NCBI RefSeq assembly: GCF_006345805.1
Contig: NC_043006.1
Coordinates: forward strand, 47,926,001-47,990,000
DNA length: 64,000 nucleotides
Source of the DNA: Octopus sinensis
Taxonomy: Eukaryota
Direction of reading: 5' to 3'
The notes below the pieces were generated by a model. It was not told the origin of the DNA, ran no database searches, and worked only from the letters and a program-made list of their open reading frames with translations. Each line of letters starts with the position of its first letter. Positions within the stretch are counted from its first letter, which is position 1. The translations under genes were made by a program, and so were the position numbers. This document shows, one piece after another, positions 49,968 to 61,969 of the stretch.

Positions 49968-50892
49968 GGTGGTGGTGGTGGTTATGGTGGTGGTGGTGGT
50001 GGTGGTGGTGGTGGTGGTGGTGGTGGTGGTGGTGGTGGTGGTGGTGGTGGTGGTGATGTTAGTTGTGGTGGTGGTGGTGATGGTCATGGTGGTGATATTG
50101 ATGATGATGATTTTGATGATGATGATGATGACGACGACGAAGATGATACTGGTGTTGACGTCGGATGTGGTTGTGGTGGTGGTGGGGATGGTGGTGATAG
50201 TGGTGCTGGCATTGTTGTCGTTCTTGCTGTCGGAGGTGGCGCTGATCAGTTGATTGTATTCACGGGCCTGGCGACGTTCAGGATCATACTCATTGCAAAC
50301 TGATTGAGAGTGAAATTATGGTTAGTTTGCTGATGATATAGTTCCAATTACGATCATGTTTACTTTACTTCAGGAATGTTTAATTAGGTGAAGCAATAAG
50401 AGAGATCGATGCGCACTTCCTGAAAATATGTCTATCACCCACTCAGACAGACAGACAGATAGACCGACAGACAGGCAGACATAAAGAATAATACAAAAAC
50501 CTTTGAATGAGACGAAATACGTCCAGACATGGCTCTTACCACGAACGTATTATTATAGGGCAAAGAGCATTTGTGGATGTCTACTAACACCACCGCATCG
50601 TAATTAGATAACACATCGCTGAACACAATGGATTGTTCTCTCGCATTCAAATTCCTATCAGCATCGTGCCTTCATTGACTGGTGCGATCTGGTCAATTAA
50701 GTAATAACAATAATAACAAACGTCAGCAATAATTTTTTTTTTTTTTTAAAGAGAGAAAGAGAGAGGGAGAGAGAGAAACAGAAAAAAAAACAACTACTGC
50801 AGTAAACAAACAAATGCGATCTTGACACATCAGAAAATAAATTGCTGATGTCATCATAGGCAAAACAATGGAGGTAATAAATAATAATAATA

Positions 50893-50982
<90 letters not shown>

Positions 50983-51328
50983 TGATGATGATAATAATAA
51001 TAATAGTAATAATGACATTAATAATAATAGTAATAATAATGAAGGGGATGAGGATGATAATAATAATGATGATGATGATGGTGATAATGATGATGATGAT
51101 GGTGGTGGTGGTGGTGGTGGTGGCGGTGGTGGTAATAAAGTGTAGTAAAGCAACGAGAGCAGATATCTAGAGACGGAGTATTTTAAAACAATGGAACTAA
51201 TGAATAATGATGATCATGACGATGATGATGTTGATGTTTGATGATGATAAATGTGGCGGTGGTTGTGATGACGACGACTGACGATGACGATGATGATGAT
51301 TAAAATAATAACAATAATAACAATAATT

Positions 51329-51376
<48 letters not shown>

Positions 51377-51558
51377 TGTATGGCAACAACAACAATAGCA
51401 ACAAGATTAATGTAGAGGTGCTGCATTAATTATAACAATTGACAATTTCAGCAACAGTTGCCGACAGAATCAATATCAGCAATATTTTTATCGTTATCGT
51501 TCGGTCGCAGCTGCAGTGACGATTATTATTATTATTTTTATTATTATTATTATTATTA

Positions 51559-51593
<35 letters not shown>

Positions 51594-51621
51594 TATCCTT
51601 TTATCATTATTATTATTATTA

Positions 51622-51697
<76 letters not shown>

Positions 51698-51723
51698 CCT
51701 TATTATCATTATTATTAGTATTA

Positions 51724-51765
<42 letters not shown>

Positions 51766-52118
51766 TATTATTGCTGTTGTCGTTGTTGTTGTTGTTGTTG
51801 CTGTTATAACTACTACTACTTACTACTACTACTACTACTACTACTACTATTATTATTATTATTACCACTATCATCATCATCGTCGAAATCGTTGTTGTTG
51901 GTGTTGTTATTATTGCCACTACCATCATCATCATCTTCGTCATTATAATCCTCATCCTCCTCATCCTCATCATTATTACTTTTTGTTTTCCTATTTCATT
52001 TCAATCACATTGTTGCTGATGTTGTTTTTGTTTTCTGTTGTTGCTACTGCTGCTGTTGCTGCTGGTGTTGTAGGTCGCTGCCATGATATATAATGATGAT
52101 GATGATGATGATGATGAC

Positions 52119-52149
<31 letters not shown>

Positions 52150-52163
52150 CTGATGATGACGAC

Positions 52164-52194
<31 letters not shown>

Positions 52195-52250
52195 ATGAGG
52201 ATGATGATGATGATGATGATGATGAAGATGATGAAGATGATGGTAATCAT
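49895..52250. repeat. Compound trinucleotide microsatellite region (GAT/GTT/GGT; TAA/TGA/TGG; ATT/ACT; GAT), with a non-repetitive interval at about 50250-50860
   Basis: Directly visible. Confidence 0.93.
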
Positions 52251-52587
52251 GTTAACAATAATGTAACAATGCTAATACAATACTACCATAACAAGAACAG
52301 CAAAAACTAAAAAAAAAAAACAATATCTACGATAATATAGTCAGTTAAAGACCGTTCGTATGCAAAAACAGCAAGTGTAAACTAACTCAACACAGAAGAA
52401 AAAAATATGGAACGGCAGAAAACCAAAATTCATATTTATATTTCATGTATATATAACTCGACTATAAACATATTCGTATCATAATTCGCTTACGCACTCA
52501 TAAGATATATAACAATACAGTTTTTTATAAAGATTTCGTGTTCGTGTGTGCGAATGTGTGTGTATGTGGCAGTATACACTATATATA

Positions 52588-52628
<41 letters not shown>

Positions 52629-52850
52629 CATAAATACACACACATACATTCACGTGTATATGTATGCATGTATATATGCATAATATAATTATGTATATAT
52701 ATATATATATACATATATATACACACATATACGTATGTATATATATATATATGTATGTGTATGTATACATACAAATTTGCCCTTTATCATTTCAATGCAA
52801 TTATCTGGTATTATGTGTGATATATGTTTTTTGTATGTATATGTGTGTGT

Positions 52851-52889
<39 letters not shown>

Positions 52890-53688
52890 TGTGTGTGTGT
52901 GGACATATATGTATGTGTGTGTTTATGTGCATCGTTTTTCTACTATATACATATTTATAACTAGGTGTTAGTATTCGAAACACATCATCTTGTAATTAAA
53001 TTTTCTCTAATTTAATTATAAGAATTCCATTGTTTCTCGGTTTCATAAATAAAGAAAAATTCCTAATTAGTAACACAGACGAATGAATATAAAACTGTTT
53101 CGAAAAAAAAATTTGACAGTTTCCTACGATACAGCGATGCAAAATTTTTTGAACTAGTTAATGGTTAATATAATGATATTCTTTTGTATGTTAGAATTAT
53201 CTGAACGTCTGATAAAACTGCTTGAATATCTAGCCTTCGAAGACCCTTGCGTTCGGGTAGGTTAATGGTCTTGAAGACTTTTAAGTCGATTAATGCAGGG
53301 ATGTATTCAGCAAAAAAGGAAAGATTGTGCAGAGAAAGGAAGGATTGGATGTAGCATTTATTGCAGTATAGATGCAATATGGATGACGAATTGAGCGGGT
53401 ATCAATGTGTCGGAAGTGCCTGAGTATGAAATCATTTTCAAGTATCTGAGGTGACTGTAGTAGATGTAAAGAAAGAAAAAAGGAGCTGACAGTAAAAAAA
53501 AAATTAATAATAAATGACTAAAACTGACAATAAAAACATTTTTTTTTAATGGTGGCAAACACCTACAATTCTTAATATCTCTGTGCATTTAAGAGAGTGG
53601 CAATATTTAGTATACTTGTAAATTTCGCCAAGGTTGACTTTGCTTATCATTAATTTGGACTCGTTAAAACTAGTACCCATTGTAGAAA

Positions 53689-53830
53689 TAGGAATGGCTG
53701 TGTGGTAAGTATCTTGCTTACGAACCAGGTGGTTCCGGTTTCAGTCTCACTGCGTGTAAGTGTCTTCTACTATAGCCTCGGGCCGACCAAAGGCTTGGAT
53801 TTGGTAGACGGAAACTGAAAAAAGCCCGTC

Positions 53831-53866
<36 letters not shown>

Positions 53867-54112
53867 ATGTATGTGTGTGTGTGTGTGTGTGTATCATTGT
53901 ATGTCTGTGTTTGTCCTCCTAACATCGCTTGATAACCGATGCTGGTGTGTTTACGTCACCATCACTTAGCGGTTTGGCAAAACAGACCGATAGAATAAGT
54001 ACTAGGCTTACAAAGAATAAGTCCTGGGGGCGATTTGCTCGACTAAAGGCTGTGCTCCAGCATGGCCACAGTCAAATGCTTGAAACACATAAAAGAGTAA
54101 AATAGTAAAGAG
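53689..54112 (+). mobile_element. SINE family A
   Basis: Head, microsatellite and tail present. Small deletions in the head. Confidence 0.88.
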
Positions 54113-54290
54113 TATTGAGCAAAGGAGCCGACGTATTTAACTTTACCCCTCCTGCGAACTTGGTGGACTTGTGCCAGAATTTGAAACCGGCATTTATCAT
54201 AATTGTTGATATATTCCGAATATATACCCCTATAGATTGTTTTGCTAACTGTTAGGATTTTATTTTAATTTTGTAAATCAAATTTTGTAA

Positions 54291-54480
54291 ATCCCAGATG
54301 AACCAACTTCACGGCAGGAGGTGCAGATGAGGGCAGCTGCATCGAATCTCTCATGCACCAAATGGCAGTTGCTAAAAAGCATTCGTGAAGTAAAACCATG
54401 TAGCAACACCAAATGGCGGTGCCCCAGCATGGCCACAGCTCATGAGCTGAAACTAGAATCAATCAATGAATCAATCAATC
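54291..54480 (+). mobile_element. CR1-like LINE extreme 3' fragment with (AATC)n tail
   Basis: Begins IPDEPTSRQEVQMRAAAS, homologous to the ORF2 end at about 36710-36770. 3' UTR GGCGGTGCCCCAGCATGGCCACAGCTCATGAGCTGAAACTAG(AATC)n. Matching empty site at 55062/55063. Confidence 0.8.
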
Positions 54481-54515
54481 AAAGAAATAAAAGTTGAAAT
54501 CAACATTGAGCATAA

Positions 54516-54790
54516 TCTATTATATAAAATCCGTCCAGTCTGTCTGTGTGTGTATGTGTCTTCTTGGATCTCGAGCATCCTCCATCCTATTGCGCTCAAA
54601 TTTGTTATGTAGATACCAACGGTATCTTGCAAAAATTACAAAAATCGATTCCAGGCGAAAATGCGATCGATAAAGCCGTTTTTATCTTGCTTTTCTTCCG
54701 TCAACCTGTACATAACTGCACCTTCCATTTTTTGTTGTTTTTGTACTGCTTCAAGGCACGTTTCTTCCCTGCCAAGCTTACTATTTAAAC
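54516..54790 (+). mobile_element. Probable Helitron 5' portion
   Basis: A|TCTATTATATAAAA start followed by gtctgtctgtgtgtg, as at 3814. No hairpin/CTAG end found, so the right boundary is uncertain. Confidence 0.5.
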
Positions 54791-55096
54791 CATGTTTGTG
54801 TTCTCCCAGTCAACAGCCTTATCATTACTGGTACTTTAAACTCTTTGGCTGCACATTTGTGTGAATAAAATCATTTTTGCTTGGAATAGAAAAAAGTCTA
54901 TCTTTAATTCTTCTTTTGCTGGTGTCTCAATTTTAGGTTAAATCAATGTTTTGCTCGTTGTTGATATATTCTGAATATATACAGCATTTCTCTTTACTCC
55001 TATAGGGTCCCACTCCAGATTGTTTTGCTGACTGTTAGGATTTTATGTTAATTTGTGAAATCAAAGAAATAAAAGTTGTTGCGCTTTTATATTTTC

Positions 55097-55285
55097 CGGC
55101 ATGGGGTGGTGGCGACTCCTGTTGTACTCTTTCGCCCCAACTTTCTCTCATTCTCTCTTCCTGTTTCTTGAGTAGCGCTGCGATGGACTAGCATACCGTT
55201 CAGCTGGTGGGAATACATACGCCACAGAAACCGGGAAAACGGGCCCATGAACCTGGCTAGACTTGAAAAGGGCGCATAAATAATA
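55097..55285 (+). mobile_element. 5'-truncated SINE carrying the B/D central module and the D/E-type 3' module
   Basis: gtactctttcgccccaactttctctc...gctgcgatggactagcataccgttcagc...gaaaccgggaaaacgggcccatgaacctggc. Confidence 0.75.
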
Positions 55286-55295
55286 TATATATAAA

Positions 55296-55540
55296 AAATT
55301 TGCTTCACCACATACCGAAAATTAGAAATAGCAGTTAAAAACTACTATGCTACCACTACTCTACTAGTTTTTAACTGCTATTTCTAAATTTCGGTATGTG
55401 GTGAAGCAAGTTTTGCTGAACCCTAATTATAATTATACTCAAAATTACAGAATTTTTGTGTAAGTTTACCGATAATTGTCCTTTTAACATCCGACTACTT
55501 GGTAAAATTAGTAATTAATAATTAATTAGTTAATTTTACC

Positions 55541-55545
<5 letters not shown>
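55296..55545. mobile_element. Family G terminal fold-back (arms 55296-55344 and 55365-55413)
   Basis: Inverted arms. Same sequence at 57452-57695, 58050-58135 and 63270-63340. Confidence 0.8.
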
Positions 55546-55589
<44 letters not shown>

Positions 55590-55653
55590 TATATATATAT
55601 AATATATATATATTATATTAATATATATATATATATATATATGTATATATGTA

Positions 55654-55687
<34 letters not shown>

Positions 55688-56710
55688 ACTATGTACAAAT
55701 GATATGTACGCCTGTATATGTGTGCTCGTATGTAATAGTACATAAGCTATATATGTAGTTGGCGATGTTGCAAATAATGCGATCAGTATTTATCACCACC
55801 AAACTGAAGGAAATTCATAAAAGAAGCTGCACATCGACTCACTTTTCATTCCGAGTAAATCGCATATCATCCTTTTTAATCCCATATAATTTCCCGTCGG
55901 ATGCATCATCCTTAGTAAAAGATTAAACAACGACGATGATAGATATTTTTTAATCTCCGCAAGGTATGTACATAAACAACTTCCCATGCAATGATTGATG
56001 AAAATCATATACATTTCGTTGACCATTCCATCACTCCCGAAAACATGGATTTTCAATATCTCCATAGTAACCGTTGCCACTCATAAAGTTCGAAGATTTG
56101 CATGACTTCGTATGCCATCGGGTTAAGAGAGTACTGAAGTTTCCAAGAAAATCTTTAGAACGGAGAGAAAGCATATTTCATTCAAATTTTTTATCAGAAT
56201 ATATTATGATTCGTATAATATTTCTTCGAAATTTTTCTTGTGTTATAACCGTTATTTGCGTTATTTGTTCTGTTTTTCTCAGAGTATTTTGTAACACTTG
56301 AGATACTTGCGTATCTCTACTAACTCTTAGATTCTTTCAGAATTTTTGTTTGTTTGTTTTTTTTGTGGGGGTGGGTGATATTTTATTGTGCTTTCAATGG
56401 AGAGGTTAGGAATACACGTAAGCGAGAATACATAAGTATTATTTATCAATATCTCAGCGAGGATTCACATACATTTGTAGATTGAAGCTCTTATGTCTGT
56501 TCCTCATTTGATCAATTTATCATTGATTTTACATATTTTATTTCAGCCATTGCTTCAAAGCCAGTTATTTGTAAACGTAAATGGAGCAAGCCTAGATTAT
56601 AACTGGTATTTTTTTCGATCAAAATTTGGTAACCCAATGTGCTCTACAAAGTATATGTATCAGCTAAATATTCTGTGATTTTCACCATAATATCTTTAAA
56701 AAAAATAATA

Positions 56711-56850
56711 TAAGGTTGTCCCAAAAGTTCGTAGAAAGTCTTGGAAAATATGGTCTCTATTTTGAGGAATAACTTTTGTTCTTTTTGTTAGTACTTGGCG
56801 AGTAAAAATTCAATTTTCGCAAGTGTTTACGAACTTTTGGGACAACCTAA
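56711..56850. mobile_element. 140-bp mariner-type MITE with TA TSD
   Basis: TIRs T(A/T)AGGTTGTCCCAAAAGTTCGTA at 56711-56733 and 56828-56850. Flanking TA at 56709-56710 and 56851-56852. Confidence 0.88.
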
Positions 56851-57451
56851 TAATAAAGGGGACAAAAACGATAATATATTCCTTCAGTTTTCTTCAAGTT
56901 GTGTGTTACAGCTGAGTATAGCTTATAGTAAGGTGTTCGATTGGCAGAACAAACACTTATCACAAATATATATTGAAATGAATATATATTTCCAACATAT
57001 ATATATATATATACGTGTAATGATAGGAGGGAGAGAGGGAAGGAGGAGGAGGAAAACGATTAAAAGAAGTCGAAAAGGAGGAAGTCGAAAGGAGGAAGTC
57101 GAAAGAAGAAGAAGAAGAAGAAGAAGAAGAAGAAGAAGAAGAAGAAGATGTTGATGATGATGATGATGATGATGAAGTAGAGCGAGAACTTGATCCTGTG
57201 GACAGTGCTACATATGGCAAAATGGTTCGACCAGTCGTATACTGGCGGTGTGTCAATTGTTATCAAAATTCGTCCGATGGATGACGTTGTATTTGACCAC
57301 ACAGCGATATTAATCTGCCATAACTTAAAGGGAAAAAATCTATTAAATAGATAGACAATTTTCTGGAGTCAAATGATGAGGTTGTTAATGATGTATGCTG
57401 AGAGGAGACCTAATCATGATCTTAGTGTGTATCATAATTATATTTATGAGC

Positions 57452-57695
57452 ATAATTATAATTAGGGTTAAGCAAAATTTGCTTCACCATATACCGAAAT
57501 TTAGAAATAGTAGTTTAACTACTATTTCTGATTTTCGGTGTGTGGTGAAGTAAATTTTGCTGAACCCTAATTATAATTATACACATAATCATAGAATTTT
57601 TGTATAAGTTTACCGATAATGGTTCTTTTAACATACCGAACTTCTTGGTAAAATTATTAATTATTTATTAATGAATTTTACCCTTTATTATTATT
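57452..57695. mobile_element. Family G terminal fold-back, ~64-bp arms with almost no loop (57452-57580)
   Basis: ataattataattagggttaagc...tagtagtt / taactacta...gctgaaccctaattataattat. Confidence 0.82.
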
Positions 57696-57784
57696 GATAA
57701 TATAATTCTCTCCCTGGTAGTAAACTGCGCTTTTTGTGGAATTTTACTCTTTGGCAAACGTGGGTGAGTGAGGAGGAATGCGAG

Positions 57785-58135
57785 ATCTCATTCGTCTGTT
57801 TGAATTCGGAAGTACTGGTCGTTGGATATACGTTGTCTGATGTCGCTTGATCAGATAAGTATGTTTCATTTAAAATCTTGAATTACTATACTGAAGACGA
57901 GAATGAGAGAGTAGAAATATAATTTTACATTTTTCACATCTCTCTAACTCCGAAACGAGTATGCAGCTAATGAGAGCCGGGTGGATTCGTTATTTTTTCT
58001 GTTTACCTGCGTGAGTTGTTGAGTATTGTTGTCTGGGAGATTTTCTTATGGTAGTAAAATAGTAGTTTAACTGCTATTTCTAAATTTCGGTAAGTGGTGA
58101 AGCAAATTTTTGCTGAACCCTAATTATAATTGTAC
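57785..58135 (+). mobile_element. Family G body with hammerhead-like motif at 57886-57965
   Basis: Homologous to 62990-63340. Reads ctata-CTGAAGA-c-gag...ctc-c-GAAAC-GA-GTA-tgcag. Confidence 0.65.
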
Positions 58136-58335
58136 TCCACGAGGCTCCGGCAGGGGTGGGGGAGAACCCTGCCGTACTCTTTCGCCACAACTTTCTCTCA
58201 CTCTTTCTTCTGTTGGACTGCTCGCTTAGCCAGCGGAGTGGAGTCATTTGAAGGCTAAAACAATGCAAAGTGCATTGTGACCAGCGATGAGGAGCAACAT
58301 CTGATAGCCTGGTCGGTCACGGTGATCACAGTGAT
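58135..58335 (+). mobile_element. 5'-truncated SINE with the B/D central module and another, different 3' tail
   Basis: ctccacgaggctccggcagggg...gtactctttcgccacaactttctctcactct, then unrelated ...gctcgcttagccagcggagtggagtc...ggtcggtcacggtgat. Confidence 0.7.
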
Positions 58336-59782
58336 ATATATATATATATATATAATATATATATATGTATGTAATGTATATACATATATGTATGTATTTA
58401 TCGAGAGAGAGTGAGAGAAATATGTGTATATATTCGTTTGTCAGTCTGACACCTTCTGTGTTTATGTGGTCGCATTCTGCTTTGACGTAGATATTAGAAT
58501 ATCTACGTCATTATAATGCATAAGTAATATCGCTGTTGGCATAAACAAAATAAATAGATATCTCGATCGTATAGATATCCCTTATTACTTTTGAGCATTA
58601 AAAACTGGTTTGAAGGAAATATATCTGTTATATTTGCATCAACAATGACAACGGTATATAAAATTCCTCCGAAGAACTTAGAGGAACATGGGGAAATAAA
58701 GAATAAAACGTAAGTGTATAGGATTTAAAGAAAACATATTTGTCATATCCGGACAGATTGGTATATTAATATATATGTGTGTGTATGTGTGTGTTTGTGT
58801 GTGTGTCTATTTGTGTATGCACTTGTTGTATATATACATAAACACACACATAAAGATATATACATATATATATATACATATGCATATACATACACATATA
58901 TATATTTATATAAGGGAGAAAGAGGGAGGGTGAGAGGTACATATAATAGAAAGAAGGGGAGAGAGGGAGAGCTACATCCGAATATACACAAATGTTTATA
59001 CATACATATTACAAAAATATAATTGAAGTAACAGTAAAAAAATTTTCGATGTTAGGATTCAGTCTTTATTTATTTTTTTTAATACCAACTACAATGTACA
59101 ATGTATGCATACACCTGTCAAAAGCCTTGATTAAAAATATAGCAGCGCAAGCTACGTCGCCTTTGGGTGTTATTCCTATTTTTCCTCATTTTTTTTTCTT
59201 TTTATATACTTTGATTTGCCAAGGACAAAAAAAGTTATTATGCGATGCAATTCATTTTGGCAGCATTTTATCGTAAAGTTTTTTGCATCTTCTGCGATAC
59301 TGGTTTTAAAACAATATTCCAGATATATTTTATCTAAACTATGGAAAAATTAAATTGGAAATTACTTGTAGTTTCCCTAGATACACCTGAATCATAGCTA
59401 TCTGTACTTCAGTTTTGATTTTCTCTCTTTCTCTCGCTTTTATAGGTTATCATGTTTTTAAAAAATATTTGTGGAGGGAAGGACCTAGGAGAGTGGATGG
59501 TAACAAGTTATCTTTGAGTTTAAAAAATATAGTTTTCACTAAATGTGTGAATATCTAACGCTTAAATATAGTTTGAGTGCATGCGTTTATATAATATATA
59601 CACACTGTATCTCTGATTCTTCCCCCCCCCCTTTTTTCGAGATAATTATTTAATTTTCTTGCTATCTCTTTCTTTCTCTGCCTCACTTTACTTCTCATTC
59701 TCGTCTTCTGCATACCATGTGCATTATAAAACATATGTCCCTCACTTCCTTTGTTTCACTTGTAATATGTCTTTCTTACAAG

Positions 59783-60568
59783 GCAGCGAGCTAGCAGAAT
59801 CGTTAGCACGCGGGGCGAAATGCTTGGCGGTATTTCGTCTGCCGCTACGTTCTGAGTTCAAATTCCAGCGAGGTCGACTTTGCCTTTCATCCTTTCGGGG
59901 TCGTTAAATTAAGTACCGGTTACGCACTGGGGTCGATGTAATCGACTTAATACCTATGTCTGTCCTTGTTTATCCACTCTATGTTTAGCCCCTTGTGGGT
60001 AATAAAGAAATAGGTATTTCGTCTGCCGTTACGTTCTGAGTTCAAATTCTACCGTGGTCGACTCTGCATTTCATCCTTTCGGGGTCGATAAATTAAGTAC
60101 CAGTTACACACTGGTGTGAATATAATCGACTTAATCTGTCTGTCTGTCCTTGTTTGTCACCTCTCTGTTTAGCCCCTTCTGGGAAGAAAAGAAATGGGTA
60201 TTTTGTCTGCCGTTACGTTCTGAATTCAAATTCCGCCGAGGTCGACTTTGCCTTTCATCCTTCGGGGTCGATAAATTAAGTACCAGTTACGCACTGTGGT
60301 CGATTTAATCGACTTAATCCGTTTGTCTGTCCTTGCTTGTCTCCTCTGTGTTTAGCCTCTTGTGGGTAGTAAAGAAATAGGTATTTCGCCTGTCTTTAGG
60401 TTCTGAGTTCAAATTCCGCCGAGGTCGACTTCTCCTTTCATTCTCTCTGGATCTATAAATTAAGTACCATTTGTGTACTGGGATCGATCCAATTGACTGG
60501 CTCCTAATCACAAAAGTTCGGGTTTTGTGCCTAGAGTAGAAAGTTCGGGTCTTGTGCCTAGAGTAGAA
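59783..60568 (+). repeat. Head-to-tail array of SINE C: one full unit and three 5'-truncated ~184-bp units
   Basis: Internal units restart at GGTATTT(C/T)G at 60013, 60197 and 60380. The last unit ends in the alternative C' tail. Confidence 0.92.
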
Positions 60569-60743
60569 AAGAATTTATGACTATCAGTCCAAATGTATTA
60601 ATGGTGACGATGAAATACCGCTATGCATTTACCCACTGAGTGCTAACATTTCTGCCAGCTCGCCGCTTTAGAACTGATAGTCATAAATTGATATATAAGC
60701 GATGATTATATTTCATATTTTTTATATGTATTATTTTTATTTT

Positions 60744-60989
60744 GGAGGCGCGTGGCTTAGTGGTTAAGGTGTTGAACTAATGATCGTAAGGTTGTGGTTT
60801 CGAATCTTGGACCGGGTAATGCATTGTATTCTTGGGCAAAACACTTCATTTCACGTTGCTCCAGTCCACTCAGCAGGCAAAAATGAGTAATCCTGCGACG
60901 GACTGATGTCCCATCCTGGTGGGGAATTTCTACGCCACTGAAACCGGGAAACCGACCCTTATGTGCCTGACATGGCTTGAGAAGGAACA
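60744..60989 (+). mobile_element. SINE family E, full length, with 13-bp TSD
   Basis: GGAGGCGCGTGGCTTAGTGG...GTTTCGAATC...CTTGGGCAAAACACTTCATTTCACGTTGCTCCAGTCCACTCAGC...CCTGCGACGGACTG...GAAACCGGGAAACCG. TSD TATTATTTTTATT at 60729-60741 and 60990-61002. Confidence 0.9.
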
Positions 60990-61490
60990 TATTATTTTTA
61001 TTAATCCACTCTACCAACCAGTTTAAAATATTAACAACAAAATAACAGAATTTAGTGAAACTGTAACTTCAACATCACGACAAATTTTGTCGTCTTCGTT
61101 CTTCTCAGCGTGAATGCCTGCAATAACAAAATCATTACTATAGTAACAATGATAAAAAACAAGAATTAGCATATTCTGGTCTCACTTCAAATCCAACAAA
61201 TGCTTTCCATGTTACCTGATTATAATCTTGTTACACTTGCTGTTTTTAAGGTTTCCTTCAATAATCTTCACATCAAGAGAAGGTTTCTTCATTTATATAT
61301 GTGAGGATCAGCCTTGCGTTTGTTTCGTTACTCAGTCGGTGCGTTTTAGCGATTTATGTGGTTTCCAGCTTTGAGTGTATCAGATTATTTTAGTATGGTG
61401 TGCAAATGTATTTTTGATGCTTGTAAGACAATACATACAGATGGAATACGTACGAATACAAAAACGAACAACGACACTTCAAGACACTAA

Positions 61491-61526
<36 letters not shown>

Positions 61527-61969
61527 ACACACACACAAACACACACATATTGACAAACATATGTTCACACACACACACACACGCACGTGTAAGATGCTCT
61601 CAAATAAATGGAATTTTAGAAAACAAACTTACGATATGTCTAAACATTTTTGTACCATGGCTGTGTATATATATACGTGTGGTGTGTGTGTGTGATTGTG
61701 TGTGTATGTGTGTGTGAGTCTGTTTATGTGTATGTATATATGTAATTACACACACGGGGAGAAAGATCTAGAGATGTCAAAACAGGAATCGGTAAACTTT
61801 ATATAATGGTGTACGGATTAACTCTCATATATGTATAAGTACACAAGCACGCACCCACGCATATATATATATATGTGTGTGTGCTTCTGTGTGTGTATGT
61901 ATATGTATATATGCATATATGCATGCATATATGTACATACTTATATATATACGTATGTGTATATGCATA

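Noticed and set aside
53165-53588. Minus-strand ORFs after a possible acceptor as a terminal exon
   Set aside because: The open frames are short and the peptides unrecognised. There is no independent support.
55793-56301. Overlapping ORFs as a Tc1 transposase remnant (IIYSDKKF)
   Set aside because: One weak motif only; all frames are interrupted and no further DDE motifs line up.
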